Part shown: one piece after another, positions 1 through 7,415 of the stretch
Layout of the letters: every line of letters starts with the position of its first letter
Position numbering within the stretch: position 1 is the stretch's first letter
Notes under the pieces: generated by a model
What the model was told of the DNA's origin: nothing
What the model saw: the letters and a program-made list of their open reading frames with translations, nothing else
Databases searched by the model: none
Translations under genes and position numbers: made by a program
NCBI RefSeq assembly: GCF_028292945.1
Contig: NZ_JAQGLJ010000022.1
Location: 14,436 to 78,435, forward strand
Length of the DNA stretch: 64,000 nucleotides
Direction of reading: 5' to 3'
Origin: Sphingomonas bacterium
GTDB lineage: Bacteria > Pseudomonadota > Alphaproteobacteria > Sphingomonadales > Sphingomonadaceae

Positions 1-196
1 GGAGAGTCGCGCGCTGGTGACGCAAGCACAGTCCGCGATCCGCGACGGCGCGATTGCCGCGCAAGCGGCGGTGTCAGGCGTCGACCTCGATCAGGAGGCG
101 GTCGACCTGATGCGCTTCCAGCAGGCCTATCAGGCGTCTAGCCGCGTCATTCAGGTCGCGCGCGATGTCATGCAGACGATACTGGATATCCGCTGA
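1..196 (+). CDS. flgK: 3' end of flagellar hook-associated protein FlgK (partial; start lies outside the window)
   Basis: The frame is open from the window edge to TGA 194-196. The tail ...DLDQEAVDLMRFQQAYQASSRVIQVARDVMQTILDIR is the conserved C-terminal helix of flagellar rod/hook/HAP proteins. The stop overlaps the flgL ATG (TGATG). Confidence 0.6.
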   Translation, partial: ESRALVTQAQSAIRDGAIAAQAAVSGVDLDQEAVDLMRFQQAYQASSRVIQVARDVMQTILDIR

Positions 197-1086
197 TGCA
201 GGTCTCGACCAGGCTCTTCTACGATCGTTCGGCGACCGCAATGGCGACGCTGACCGGACGCGCCGATGCGTTGCAGACGCAGATCGCGACGGGCAAGCGG
301 TTGGCCGCACCCTCCGACGACTCGGTCGCCTATACGCGGCTGAGCGGACTCGCGCGCGCTGAGGCGGATGCAGAGGTGTCGATGAAGAACCTCGATGTCG
401 CCGCCGGCGTGCTGGCGCAGGCTGATTCGACGCTGAGCGCGATCACGGCGCAGCTGACACGCGCCAACGAACTCGCGATCAGTGCACGCAGCGGCACGGG
501 CGATGCGACGGCGCGACAGGCGATCGCCGACGAACTCGATCAGATCGTCGCGCAACTCGTCAGCCTGGGCAACACCACCGATACCCGCGGGCAGCCGCTG
601 TTCGGCGGTGCTGATGGAGCGGCGGCGTTGACGGTCGGCCCAGACGGCTATGTCTTTGCCAGCACGCTGCCAAGCGCGATCCCGACCGGTGATGGTCAGG
701 CGATCCAGCCGGGCGATACGGCTGCGCGCATCTTCGCTCAGGCTGGCGGCAACACGCTGGCCACCCTTGCCGATCTATCCGCCGCCTTGCGATCGAACAC
801 CGCCGTCGATGCGACCGCGGCCGCGACGGTGGACAAGCTCGGTCTCGCCGCCACGCAGGTGGTGGGCGTCCAGGCGTCGCTGGGCGCGCGCGCGGCGCGG
901 GTCGAGCTAGAGCAGGCGCAGTTGCGGCAGACCGGGATCGACCGCGAGGCGCTGCGCTCCGGGCTCGAGGACACCGACATCACCGTCGCGATCACCGAGT
1001 TGCAGAAGACGATGACGATCCTGTCGGCGACGCAGGCGAGCTTTTCCAAGCTGCAGGCGCTCAGTCTGTTCGACTATCTGCGTTGA
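196..1086 (+). CDS. flgL: flagellar hook-associated protein 3 (FlgL, flagellin-like)
   Basis: 296-aa ORF. It has a flagellin-type N-terminus (MQVSTRLFYDRS...LQTQIATGKRL..PSDD) and C-terminus (ITELQKTMTILSATQASFSKLQALSLFDYLR), and sits next to flgK and motAB. Confidence 0.8.
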   Translation: MQVSTRLFYDRSATAMATLTGRADALQTQIATGKRLAAPSDDSVAYTRLSGLARAEADAEVSMKNLDVAAGVLAQADSTLSAITAQLTRANELAISARSGTGDATARQAIADELDQIVAQLVSLGNTTDTRGQPLFGGADGAAALTVGPDGYVFASTLPSAIPTGDGQAIQPGDTAARIFAQAGGNTLATLADLSAALRSNTAVDATAAATVDKLGLAATQVVGVQASLGARAARVELEQAQLRQTGIDREALRSGLEDTDITVAITELQKTMTILSATQASFSKLQALSLFDYLR

Positions 1087-1176
1087 GCTGACGCGGCTGG
1101 TTAACCGCCCGCTTACCATTCGCGGGTAACCCTCGACCCGAACGGTAAAGCGCCACGCTGCCGCCGGAGTTGCCTA

Positions 1177-2040
1177 ATGTTTCCAGCCATCGGTTTCGTC
1201 GTCCTGATCGCGATGGTGTTCGGCGGCTTCGCGATCACCGGCGGTGCGCTCGGCCCCGTGCTGCACGCACTGCCGCACGAAATGCTGATCATCGGCGGTG
1301 CGGCGATCGGCGCGCTGATCATCGGCAACTCCACCGCCGAGCTGAAGGCGATGGGCGGCGGCCTGGCCAAGGTCTTCAAGGGACCGAAATACAAGAAGCA
1401 GGACTTCCTCGACGTCATCTTCCTGGTGTCGAAACTGATGAAGATGCTGCGCACCGAAGGTCCGATCGCGCTGGAGCCGCATGTCGAGGATCCGCAATCC
1501 TCCGCGCTGTTCGCCGAATATCCGCGGCTGCTGAAGGATCACACGCTGGTCAACCTGATCGCCGACACGCTGCGGCTGGTCGTCGTCTCGAGCGGAACGC
1601 TGGACGTGCATGCGGTCGAGGAGGTGATGGACAACGCGATCAAGACGCATCACCACGAGGTCGAGGGTCCGCACACTACCTTGCAATCGCTCGCCGATGC
1701 GCTGCCCGCATTGGGCATCGTCGCGGCGGTGCTGGGCGTGGTGAAGACGATGGGCTCGATCGACAAGCCGCCCAGCGTGCTGGGTGGGATGATCGGGTCG
1801 GCGCTGGTGGGTACGTTCCTGGGCGTGCTGCTGGCGTACGGCATGGTCGGGCCGCTCGCGTCCCGCCTGAAGCAGGTGATCGACGCGGACGGTGCGATCT
1901 ATCATGTCGTCAAGCAGATCATCATCGCCTCGCTGCACGGTCACCCCCAGCCCCTGGTGATCGAGGCCGCGCGCTCGGGCATCAAGCACGCCAATCAGCC
2001 AGCCTTCGCCGAAGTGTTCGACGGGTTGCGGGGCAGGTAA
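1177..2040 (+). CDS. motA: flagellar motor stator protein MotA
   Basis: 287-aa ORF with four TM segments and a MotA/TolQ/ExbB channel C-terminal region (LPALGIVAAVLGVVKTMG...GSALVGTFLGVLLAYG). GGAG lies 7 nt upstream of the ATG. Confidence 0.9.
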   Translation: MFPAIGFVVLIAMVFGGFAITGGALGPVLHALPHEMLIIGGAAIGALIIGNSTAELKAMGGGLAKVFKGPKYKKQDFLDVIFLVSKLMKMLRTEGPIALEPHVEDPQSSALFAEYPRLLKDHTLVNLIADTLRLVVVSSGTLDVHAVEEVMDNAIKTHHHEVEGPHTTLQSLADALPALGIVAAVLGVVKTMGSIDKPPSVLGGMIGSALVGTFLGVLLAYGMVGPLASRLKQVIDADGAIYHVVKQIIIASLHGHPQPLVIEAARSGIKHANQPAFAEVFDGLRGR

Positions 2041-2930
2041 TGGCGGCGAGAGCACCGCACGGCACGAACCAGCCGCCCAAGATCGTCATCGTCAAGAAGA
2101 TCATCGAAGGCGGTCACGGCGCTCACCACGGTGGCGCGTGGAAGGTCGCGTATGCGGACTTCGTCACTGCGATGATGGCGTTCTTCCTCCTGCTATGGCT
2201 GCTTGGAGCCACCACCGAAAAGCAGCGCAAGGGCATCGCGGATTATTTCGCGCCGACGATCATCGACACCCGCGCGCTCGGCATGGGCGGCAGCGGTCTG
2301 TTCGGTGGCGAGTCCGTGCTCTCGGATCAGAAGATCGGCGAAAAGGCGGGTCGCTCCAGCGAGCAGGGTCTGGCGACACCCGTCACCGGCGCGGGCGGCA
2401 ACAAGCCGGGCACGGGCGACAAGGGCTCGCTGCGCAATGAGGACCGCAAGAATTTCGAGCGCATGCGCGGCGACGTGCAAAAGGCGATGCAGGCGTCGAC
2501 CGAGCTGCGCAAACTGGCACCGCAGGTAAAATTCGTGATGACCACCGAGGGCATGCGCATCGATCTGGTGGACAATGCCGACTATTCGATGTTCGCGCTC
2601 GGAACCACTGCACTCGCGCCCGAAGCATCGGCGCTGATCGGCAGGATCGCGACCGCCATCACCGGCACGGGCAACACGATCATGATCCGCGGCCACACCG
2701 ACGCGGTGCCATGGGGCGATCCGCGCGCGATGAACAACTGGATGCTGTCATCGGGCCGCGCGGAGGCGACACGCCGCCGCCTGGCACTCGGCGGAATCGC
2801 CGAGCCGCGGTTCGCGCGGATTGAGGGGGTCGCCGATCGCGAGCCGATGGTGAAGGACGCACCCACTGACCCGCGCAACCGGCGGGTGGCGATCACCCTG
2901 CTGTATCGCCGGGGCGGGTTCGGGAGCTAA
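2040..2930 (+). CDS. motB: flagellar motor protein MotB (OmpA-like C-terminal domain)
   Basis: The ATG at 2040 overlaps the motA TAA (TAATG). There is an N-terminal TM segment (WKVAYADFVTAMMAFFLLLWLL) and an OmpA/MotB peptidoglycan-binding domain (IRGHTD..NWMLSSGRAEATRRRL..RNRRVAI). The upstream part of ORF 1170..2930 is only an out-of-frame overlap with motA. Confidence 0.85.
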   Translation: MAARAPHGTNQPPKIVIVKKIIEGGHGAHHGGAWKVAYADFVTAMMAFFLLLWLLGATTEKQRKGIADYFAPTIIDTRALGMGGSGLFGGESVLSDQKIGEKAGRSSEQGLATPVTGAGGNKPGTGDKGSLRNEDRKNFERMRGDVQKAMQASTELRKLAPQVKFVMTTEGMRIDLVDNADYSMFALGTTALAPEASALIGRIATAITGTGNTIMIRGHTDAVPWGDPRAMNNWMLSSGRAEATRRRLALGGIAEPRFARIEGVADREPMVKDAPTDPRNRRVAITLLYRRGGFGS

Positions 2931-3092
2931 CCCTCTCTCCCGCGAGCGGGAGAGGGACAGACCGCGCAGCGGTCAGGGTGAGGGAACTACGCGGGTTTGA
3001 GGTGAGGGCGTCCGGACCCGCGTCACGCCCTCACTGTGCCGCCTGGTGCGGCTGTTCCTCTCCCGCAAACGCGGGAGAGGGGCTGGGGGTGC
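2931..3092. repeat. GC-rich palindromic intergenic element (REP-like) with three stem-loops
   Basis: Stem 1: TCTCCCGC(2936-2943)/GCGGGAGA(2946-2953). Stem 2: GTGAGGGCGT(3002-3011)/ACGCCCTCAC(3025-3034). Stem 3: CCTCTCCCGC(3057-3066)/GCGGGAGAGG(3071-3080). The element fills the whole gap between convergent motB and mucR. Confidence 0.5.
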
Positions 3093-3608
3093 CTACTCCG
3101 CCCCCGCTTCCGGCTGCGCCTTCCTGCGGCCGCGTCCACTCGCGGGCTTCTCCGCCGCAGCCGGAGCGGCTTCCGGCTTGCGCTGACCCGGCTTGCGGCC
3201 GAGGCCGATCTGCTTGGCCATCGCGCGCCTGCTCTCCGAATAGTTCTCGGCCACCATCGGGTAATCGCTCTTCAGATTGTAGCGCTCGCGATACTGCTCG
3301 GGGGTCAGGCCGTTGGTTTTTAGGTGGCGGCGCAAGGTCTTGTACGACTTGCCATCGATCATCGAGATGATGTGGTCCTTGGACGACAGGCTCTTGCGCG
3401 CGGTGACCTTGCCGACATAGTCCTGCGTCGGTTCGGGCGAGGCAGCGGCGGAATTGCTCCCCATCAGCTGCTGCACGGTGTCGTGCATCTTGCCCATGAA
3501 GGCGGGCACGTCCTCGGCATTGCTGCGGGTGTTGGGGTTGCCGAGCCAGGCGATGGTCAGCTCGACCGCTAGTTCGACGGCGTTCAGGTCGGTGGTATCG
3601 TCGGCCAT
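3093..3608 (-). CDS. mucR: MucR/Ros family transcriptional regulator
   Basis: 171-aa product MADDTTDLNAVELAVELTIAWLGNPNT...SMIDGKSYKTLRRHLKTNGLTPEQYRERYNLKSDYPMVAENYSESRRAMAKQIGLGR is a typical Ros/MucR sequence. AAGGAG lies upstream of the ATG at 3608. The longer ORF up to 4232 overlaps yaiI and was not used. Confidence 0.9.
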   Translation of the reverse strand: MADDTTDLNAVELAVELTIAWLGNPNTRSNAEDVPAFMGKMHDTVQQLMGSNSAAASPEPTQDYVGKVTARKSLSSKDHIISMIDGKSYKTLRRHLKTNGLTPEQYRERYNLKSDYPMVAENYSESRRAMAKQIGLGRKPGQRKPEAAPAAAEKPASGRGRRKAQPEAGAE

Positions 3609-3658
3609 GTGTTTGCGCTCCTTCAGTTCGGAGCGCCGTAACATTTGGACGCGCCGCG

Positions 3659-4111
3659 TCAATACTTGCGGCGTTTGAGCTGTACCAATGCAGTATCGAG
3701 TGCCTGAAGAAAGCGCGAACGATCCACCTTGGCGAACGCCGCGGGCCCACCGAGCTGATCCCCGCCTGCGCGCAGATCGACCATGATGGCGCGGGTCGCC
3801 ACCGCTGTGCCGATCGACGCTGGTGTGAACGGTTTGCCGGTAGGCGACAGCACGGTCGCATCTGCCTTGAGGCAGCGGTCCGCGAGCAGGATGTCGCTGG
3901 TGACCACGACCGTGCCCGCGTCGGCGCGCTCGGCGATCCAGTCGTCCGCTGCATCGAACCCGTCCGACACCACCACGCGCTCGACCAGCGGATGCTGTGG
4001 CACACGGAATGGTGAGTTGCTGACGATCGTCACCGCGACCTCGTGCCGCCAGGCAACCTTGTAGATCTCGTCCTTGACCGGGCACGCGTCGGCGTCGACG
4101 AGAATGCGCAT
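3659..4111 (-). CDS. yaiI: YaiI/YqxD family protein (DUF188/UPF0178)
   Basis: 150-aa ORF starting MRILVDADACPVKDEIYKVA...VVTSDILLADRCL, a DUF188 signature. Its ATG overlaps the helicase TGA by 1 nt (TGATG). Confidence 0.75.
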   Translation of the reverse strand: MRILVDADACPVKDEIYKVAWRHEVAVTIVSNSPFRVPQHPLVERVVVSDGFDAADDWIAERADAGTVVVTSDILLADRCLKADATVLSPTGKPFTPASIGTAVATRAIMVDLRAGGDQLGGPAAFAKVDRSRFLQALDTALVQLKRRKY

Positions 4112-5832
4112 CAGGTCTTGGCGCGGTACGGCTTTGCCTGGTGGCGCGCGGGCGGACGATTTGGGCCGCCGCCCTGATTGCCGCCTTGGCCACCACGCGG
4201 CGCACCGCCGCCACCCGCGCGCGGCGGCTCACCGTGAGCCTGCTCTATGCGAACGCCGCTTTCGTCCTCGCCGTCTGCGTTGGCGGTGCGCTGGACGGCG
4301 GCCATGAACTTCGCCCCGATCCCGCGGGGGATCTGAAACCAGGTCTCGCCGGGACCGACGCGGATCGCGCCGATCTCGCCGCGGGTGATGTGCCCACGCC
4401 GGCAGATCAGCGGCAGGATCCAGCGCGGGTCGGCATTCTGGCGGCGTCCGACGTCCATCCGGAACCACAGCACATCATCAAAGCCGGGGCGGTGACCGTC
4501 CTGCGCAGCGCGCTGCGCCTGCGGCGTCGCCTCGATCATCTCTTCGACCGCCGGCATGCGCGCACGGTGGACGCGAACCAACGCAGCGGCGATCTCGTGC
4601 GGCGATCGCTCCGCCATCAGCCGCTCCGCCAACGCCTGATCCTCCTCGTCGATCTCGACCGGGGCGAGCAATGCCGCAAGCAACCGCTCGCGATCCGCAA
4701 GCCGGATCGTTTCGGGCGTCGGCACGTCGATCCACTCCGCGGCGATACGCGCGCCGCGCAGCATCATCTCGACGCGGCGGCGGCGTGGATAGGGGACGAT
4801 CAACACCGCGGTGCCCTTGTTGCCTGCGCGTCCCGTTCGGCCGGAGCGATGCTGCAATGCTTCCGCATCGCGCGGCAACTCGACATGGACGACCAGGCTC
4901 AGCGTCGGCAGATCGATCCCGCGCGCGGCGACATCGGTCGCGACGCACACGCGCGCGCGCCCATCGCGCAAGGCATGCATCGCCGCGTTGCGCTCGTTCT
5001 GCGAATGCTCGCCCGACAGCGCCACTGCCGCAAAGCCGCGTTCGACCAGGCTGGCGTGCAGGTGGCGGACATTGTCGCGCGTCGCGCAGAACAGCATCGC
5101 CGTTTCCGCCTCGTGCAGCCGCAGCAGATTGATCACCGCATGCTCGATATCGGCGGGCGAGACGGCGACCGCCTGGTACGCGATGTCGCCATGGCCGCGA
5201 TCCTCGCCGACCGTGGAAATCCGCTGAGCATCGCGCTGGTAGCGCCGCGCCAGCGTCACGATCGGCTTGGCCAGGGTGGCGGAGAACATCAGCGTGCGGC
5301 GCATCGCCGGGGTGGTGTCGAGGATCGCTTCCAGATCGTCGCGGAAGCCCATGTCGAGCATCTCGTCCGCCTCGTCGAGCACGACCGCGCGCAGCGACGA
5401 CAGGTCCAGGCTGCCGCGTTCCAGATGGTCGCGCAACCGGCCCGGCGTACCGACGACGATATGCGCGCCATGGCTCAGCGAGCGGCGCTCCTTGCTCGCG
5501 TCCATGCCGCCGACGCAGGTGGAGATGCGGCCCCCTGCGGCGGCATAGAGCCAGCCCAGCTCGCGGCTGACCTGCAACGCCAGCTCGCGCGTGGGCGCGA
5601 TCGCCAACGCGAGCGGTGCGCCCGGCGTCGGCAACTGGCCGTCCACGAGCAGCTCGCCCGCCATCGCCAGCCCGAACGCGACGGTCTTGCCCGACCCGGT
5701 CTGCGCGGAGACGAGCAGGTCGCGCCCGATCACCTCCGGCTGCAGCACGGCGGCCTGCACGGGCGTGGGGGTTTCATAGCCGCGCGCGCGGAGCGCCTCG
5801 GCGAGGGGTTGCGGAAGATCGGGAAAGGACAT
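4111..5832 (-). CDS. DEAD-box ATP-dependent RNA helicase with DbpA-type RNA-binding domain and Gly/Arg-rich tail
   Basis: Motifs seen: Q-motif region TPVQ, AQTGSGKT, DEAD (VLDEADEML), SAT, HRSGRTGRAG. The C-terminus reads WFRMDVGRRQNADPRWILPLICRRGHI..IGAIRV followed by GGGGAPRGGQGGNQGGG. The start was taken at MSFPDL (5832) rather than the upstream ATG at 5871. Confidence 0.9.
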   Translation of the reverse strand: MSFPDLPQPLAEALRARGYETPTPVQAAVLQPEVIGRDLLVSAQTGSGKTVAFGLAMAGELLVDGQLPTPGAPLALAIAPTRELALQVSRELGWLYAAAGGRISTCVGGMDASKERRSLSHGAHIVVGTPGRLRDHLERGSLDLSSLRAVVLDEADEMLDMGFRDDLEAILDTTPAMRRTLMFSATLAKPIVTLARRYQRDAQRISTVGEDRGHGDIAYQAVAVSPADIEHAVINLLRLHEAETAMLFCATRDNVRHLHASLVERGFAAVALSGEHSQNERNAAMHALRDGRARVCVATDVAARGIDLPTLSLVVHVELPRDAEALQHRSGRTGRAGNKGTAVLIVPYPRRRRVEMMLRGARIAAEWIDVPTPETIRLADRERLLAALLAPVEIDEEDQALAERLMAERSPHEIAAALVRVHRARMPAVEEMIEATPQAQRAAQDGHRPGFDDVLWFRMDVGRRQNADPRWILPLICRRGHITRGEIGAIRVGPGETWFQIPRGIGAKFMAAVQRTANADGEDESGVRIEQAHGEPPRAGGGGAPRGGQGGNQGGGPNRPPARHQAKPYRAKT

Positions 5833-5867
5833 GAAGCCCGGTGAGATGGGGCCTGAAGGCGCGTTTC

Positions 5868-7277
5868 TCAACCCTGTTCGGCATATACCTTGACGAGATC
5901 GTACAGGAAATCGCGCCCGACATAGACCGAGCGGACGCCGCGCCGCTCGTTCAGCCCGTGCGTGCCATTGCCGTCCGGATCGCTCCAGCTGCCCGGCACG
6001 CCATAGGTCGGGATGCCGATCGGCGCGATGAAGGTCGCGTCGGTGGCGCCGGTCGACATGGTCGGGATCAGCGGCACGCCGGGGAAGTATTTCGCCACCA
6101 GCGCGCGCGCCGGCTCCATCACCTTGGGATCGAGCGGCGGCGTGGTGGCGATCGGGCGCAGTCGGCCGACCAGCTTCACCTCAACCTCCGGATCGCCGAT
6201 GGCCCCGATCAGCGCGGCACGCGTCGTGTCCGCGTCCTCGCCCGGCGCGATGCGGCAATTGACGGTGGCGACCGCGCGCTGCGGCAGCGCGTTGGCGGCG
6301 TGACCCGCCTCCAGCATCGTCGCGGCGCAGGTGGTGCGCAGCATCGAGTTCAGCCCACGATCGCGCGCCACCACCGCCTCCGCTGCACGGTCGGCGAGGT
6401 CGCGCGACAGCGCCTGCATCGCGGTGCCCAATGGCCCGCCGCGCGCCGCCCCTGCCTGCGCAAAATAGGCGCGGGTCGTGGCATTGAAGCGAACCGGAAA
6501 CTTGAGTGCACGGACCTTCACCAGCGCGTCACTGAGCTGATAGATCGCGTTGTCGTCGATCGGAATAGAACTGTGTCCGCCCGGATTGGTGACGGTGAGC
6601 TCGAAGTTGCGGTTGGACTTCTCGCCGACCTGCATCGTCTGGACGACGACGCGGCCCTGCGCGTCGGTCTGCCCACCTCCGCCCTCGTTCAACGCGAACT
6701 CGGCGCGGATCAGCTCCGGCTGCTTTTGGGCCAGATACTGCGCGCCGTTGAAGCGCGCGCCCGACTCCTCGCCGCAGGTCAGCGCCATCTTGACGGTGCG
6801 CTTGGGGGCGTAGCCCGCCTGCTTGAAGCGCGCGAGCGTGTCGACCCAGGTCGCCACCAGCGCCTTCATGTCGGACGTGCCGCGACCATAGAAATAGCCG
6901 CCCTCCTCGATGAACTTGTACGGATCGCGCTGCCAGTCCGCCGGCCGCGCGTTGACCACGTCCAGATGCCCGAGCAGCAGGATCGGCTTGGCCGTGCGCG
7001 ACGACCCCGGCAGCGTCGCCACCAGCCCCCCGTCCAGCGGAAATTCGGGCAGCGTGAACAGCGTCAGCTGCGCGTCGGTGAACCCGGCGCGCTTGAGGTG
7101 CGCGGCCATCTTCTGCGCCGCCAGCGTGCAGCTGCCGGTGCTGACCGACGTGTCGGTCTCGACCAGCTCCCGGTACAGCGCGCGAAAGGCGAGCTGGTCG
7201 GGGCGGGGGGCGGCTTGCGGCTGTTGCGCGACAGCAACCGTCGCGAGAGCAGCCAGGGCAACGGCAAACCACTTCAT
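5868..7277 (-). CDS. secreted M20 family metallopeptidase
   Basis: 469-aa ORF with a signal peptide (MKWFAVALAALATVAVAQQ). M20 motifs present: LLGHLDVV, GRGTSDMK, CGEESG. Confidence 0.8.
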   Translation of the reverse strand: MKWFAVALAALATVAVAQQPQAAPRPDQLAFRALYRELVETDTSVSTGSCTLAAQKMAAHLKRAGFTDAQLTLFTLPEFPLDGGLVATLPGSSRTAKPILLLGHLDVVNARPADWQRDPYKFIEEGGYFYGRGTSDMKALVATWVDTLARFKQAGYAPKRTVKMALTCGEESGARFNGAQYLAQKQPELIRAEFALNEGGGGQTDAQGRVVVQTMQVGEKSNRNFELTVTNPGGHSSIPIDDNAIYQLSDALVKVRALKFPVRFNATTRAYFAQAGAARGGPLGTAMQALSRDLADRAAEAVVARDRGLNSMLRTTCAATMLEAGHAANALPQRAVATVNCRIAPGEDADTTRAALIGAIGDPEVEVKLVGRLRPIATTPPLDPKVMEPARALVAKYFPGVPLIPTMSTGATDATFIAPIGIPTYGVPGSWSDPDGNGTHGLNERRGVRSVYVGRDFLYDLVKVYAEQG

Positions 7278-7415
7278 GCGAAGCCTTCCGAATGGAGGAT
7301 GCTTGAACGCTATGGGTGCAACGGTACGGCGTCAAACCGCATCCGTTGATCCAATGAGTAGCGGCTAGAGCGGTCTGAACGGCTGTTTGTGGGTCAAGGG
7401 GCACCCTGGTGCGGG

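Noticed and set aside
1100-1116. Sigma-54-like GG-N10-GC spacing (TGGTTAACCGCCCGCT) upstream of motA.
   Set aside because: Only the GG and GC dinucleotides match. The -12 TTGC and -24 TGGCAC contexts are poor, so the spacing alone is not evidence.
1170-2039. N-terminal 290 codons of the 586-aa ORF 1170..2930.
   Set aside because: This part overlaps motA out of frame and is Arg-rich nonsense. MotB-like sequence begins only at the ATG at 2040, which overlaps the motA stop.
4141-5844. 567-aa plus-strand ORF. Similar long ORFs are 1174..2055(-), 5841..7349(+), 43025..45262(-), 45299..46906(-), 47048..49198(-), 51867..54584(+) and 58265..59770(+).
   Set aside because: All lie antisense to, or out of frame with, genes that carry clear family motifs. 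Their products are Arg/Ala/Gly/Pro-rich with no recognisable domains. This is the expected shadow-ORF pattern of high-GC DNA.
7304-7354. 16-codon ORF MLERYGCNGTASNRIR preceded by GGAGG.
   Set aside because: The GGAGG abuts the ATG with no spacer, which is incompatible with initiation. It lies in the M20 peptidase promoter region.
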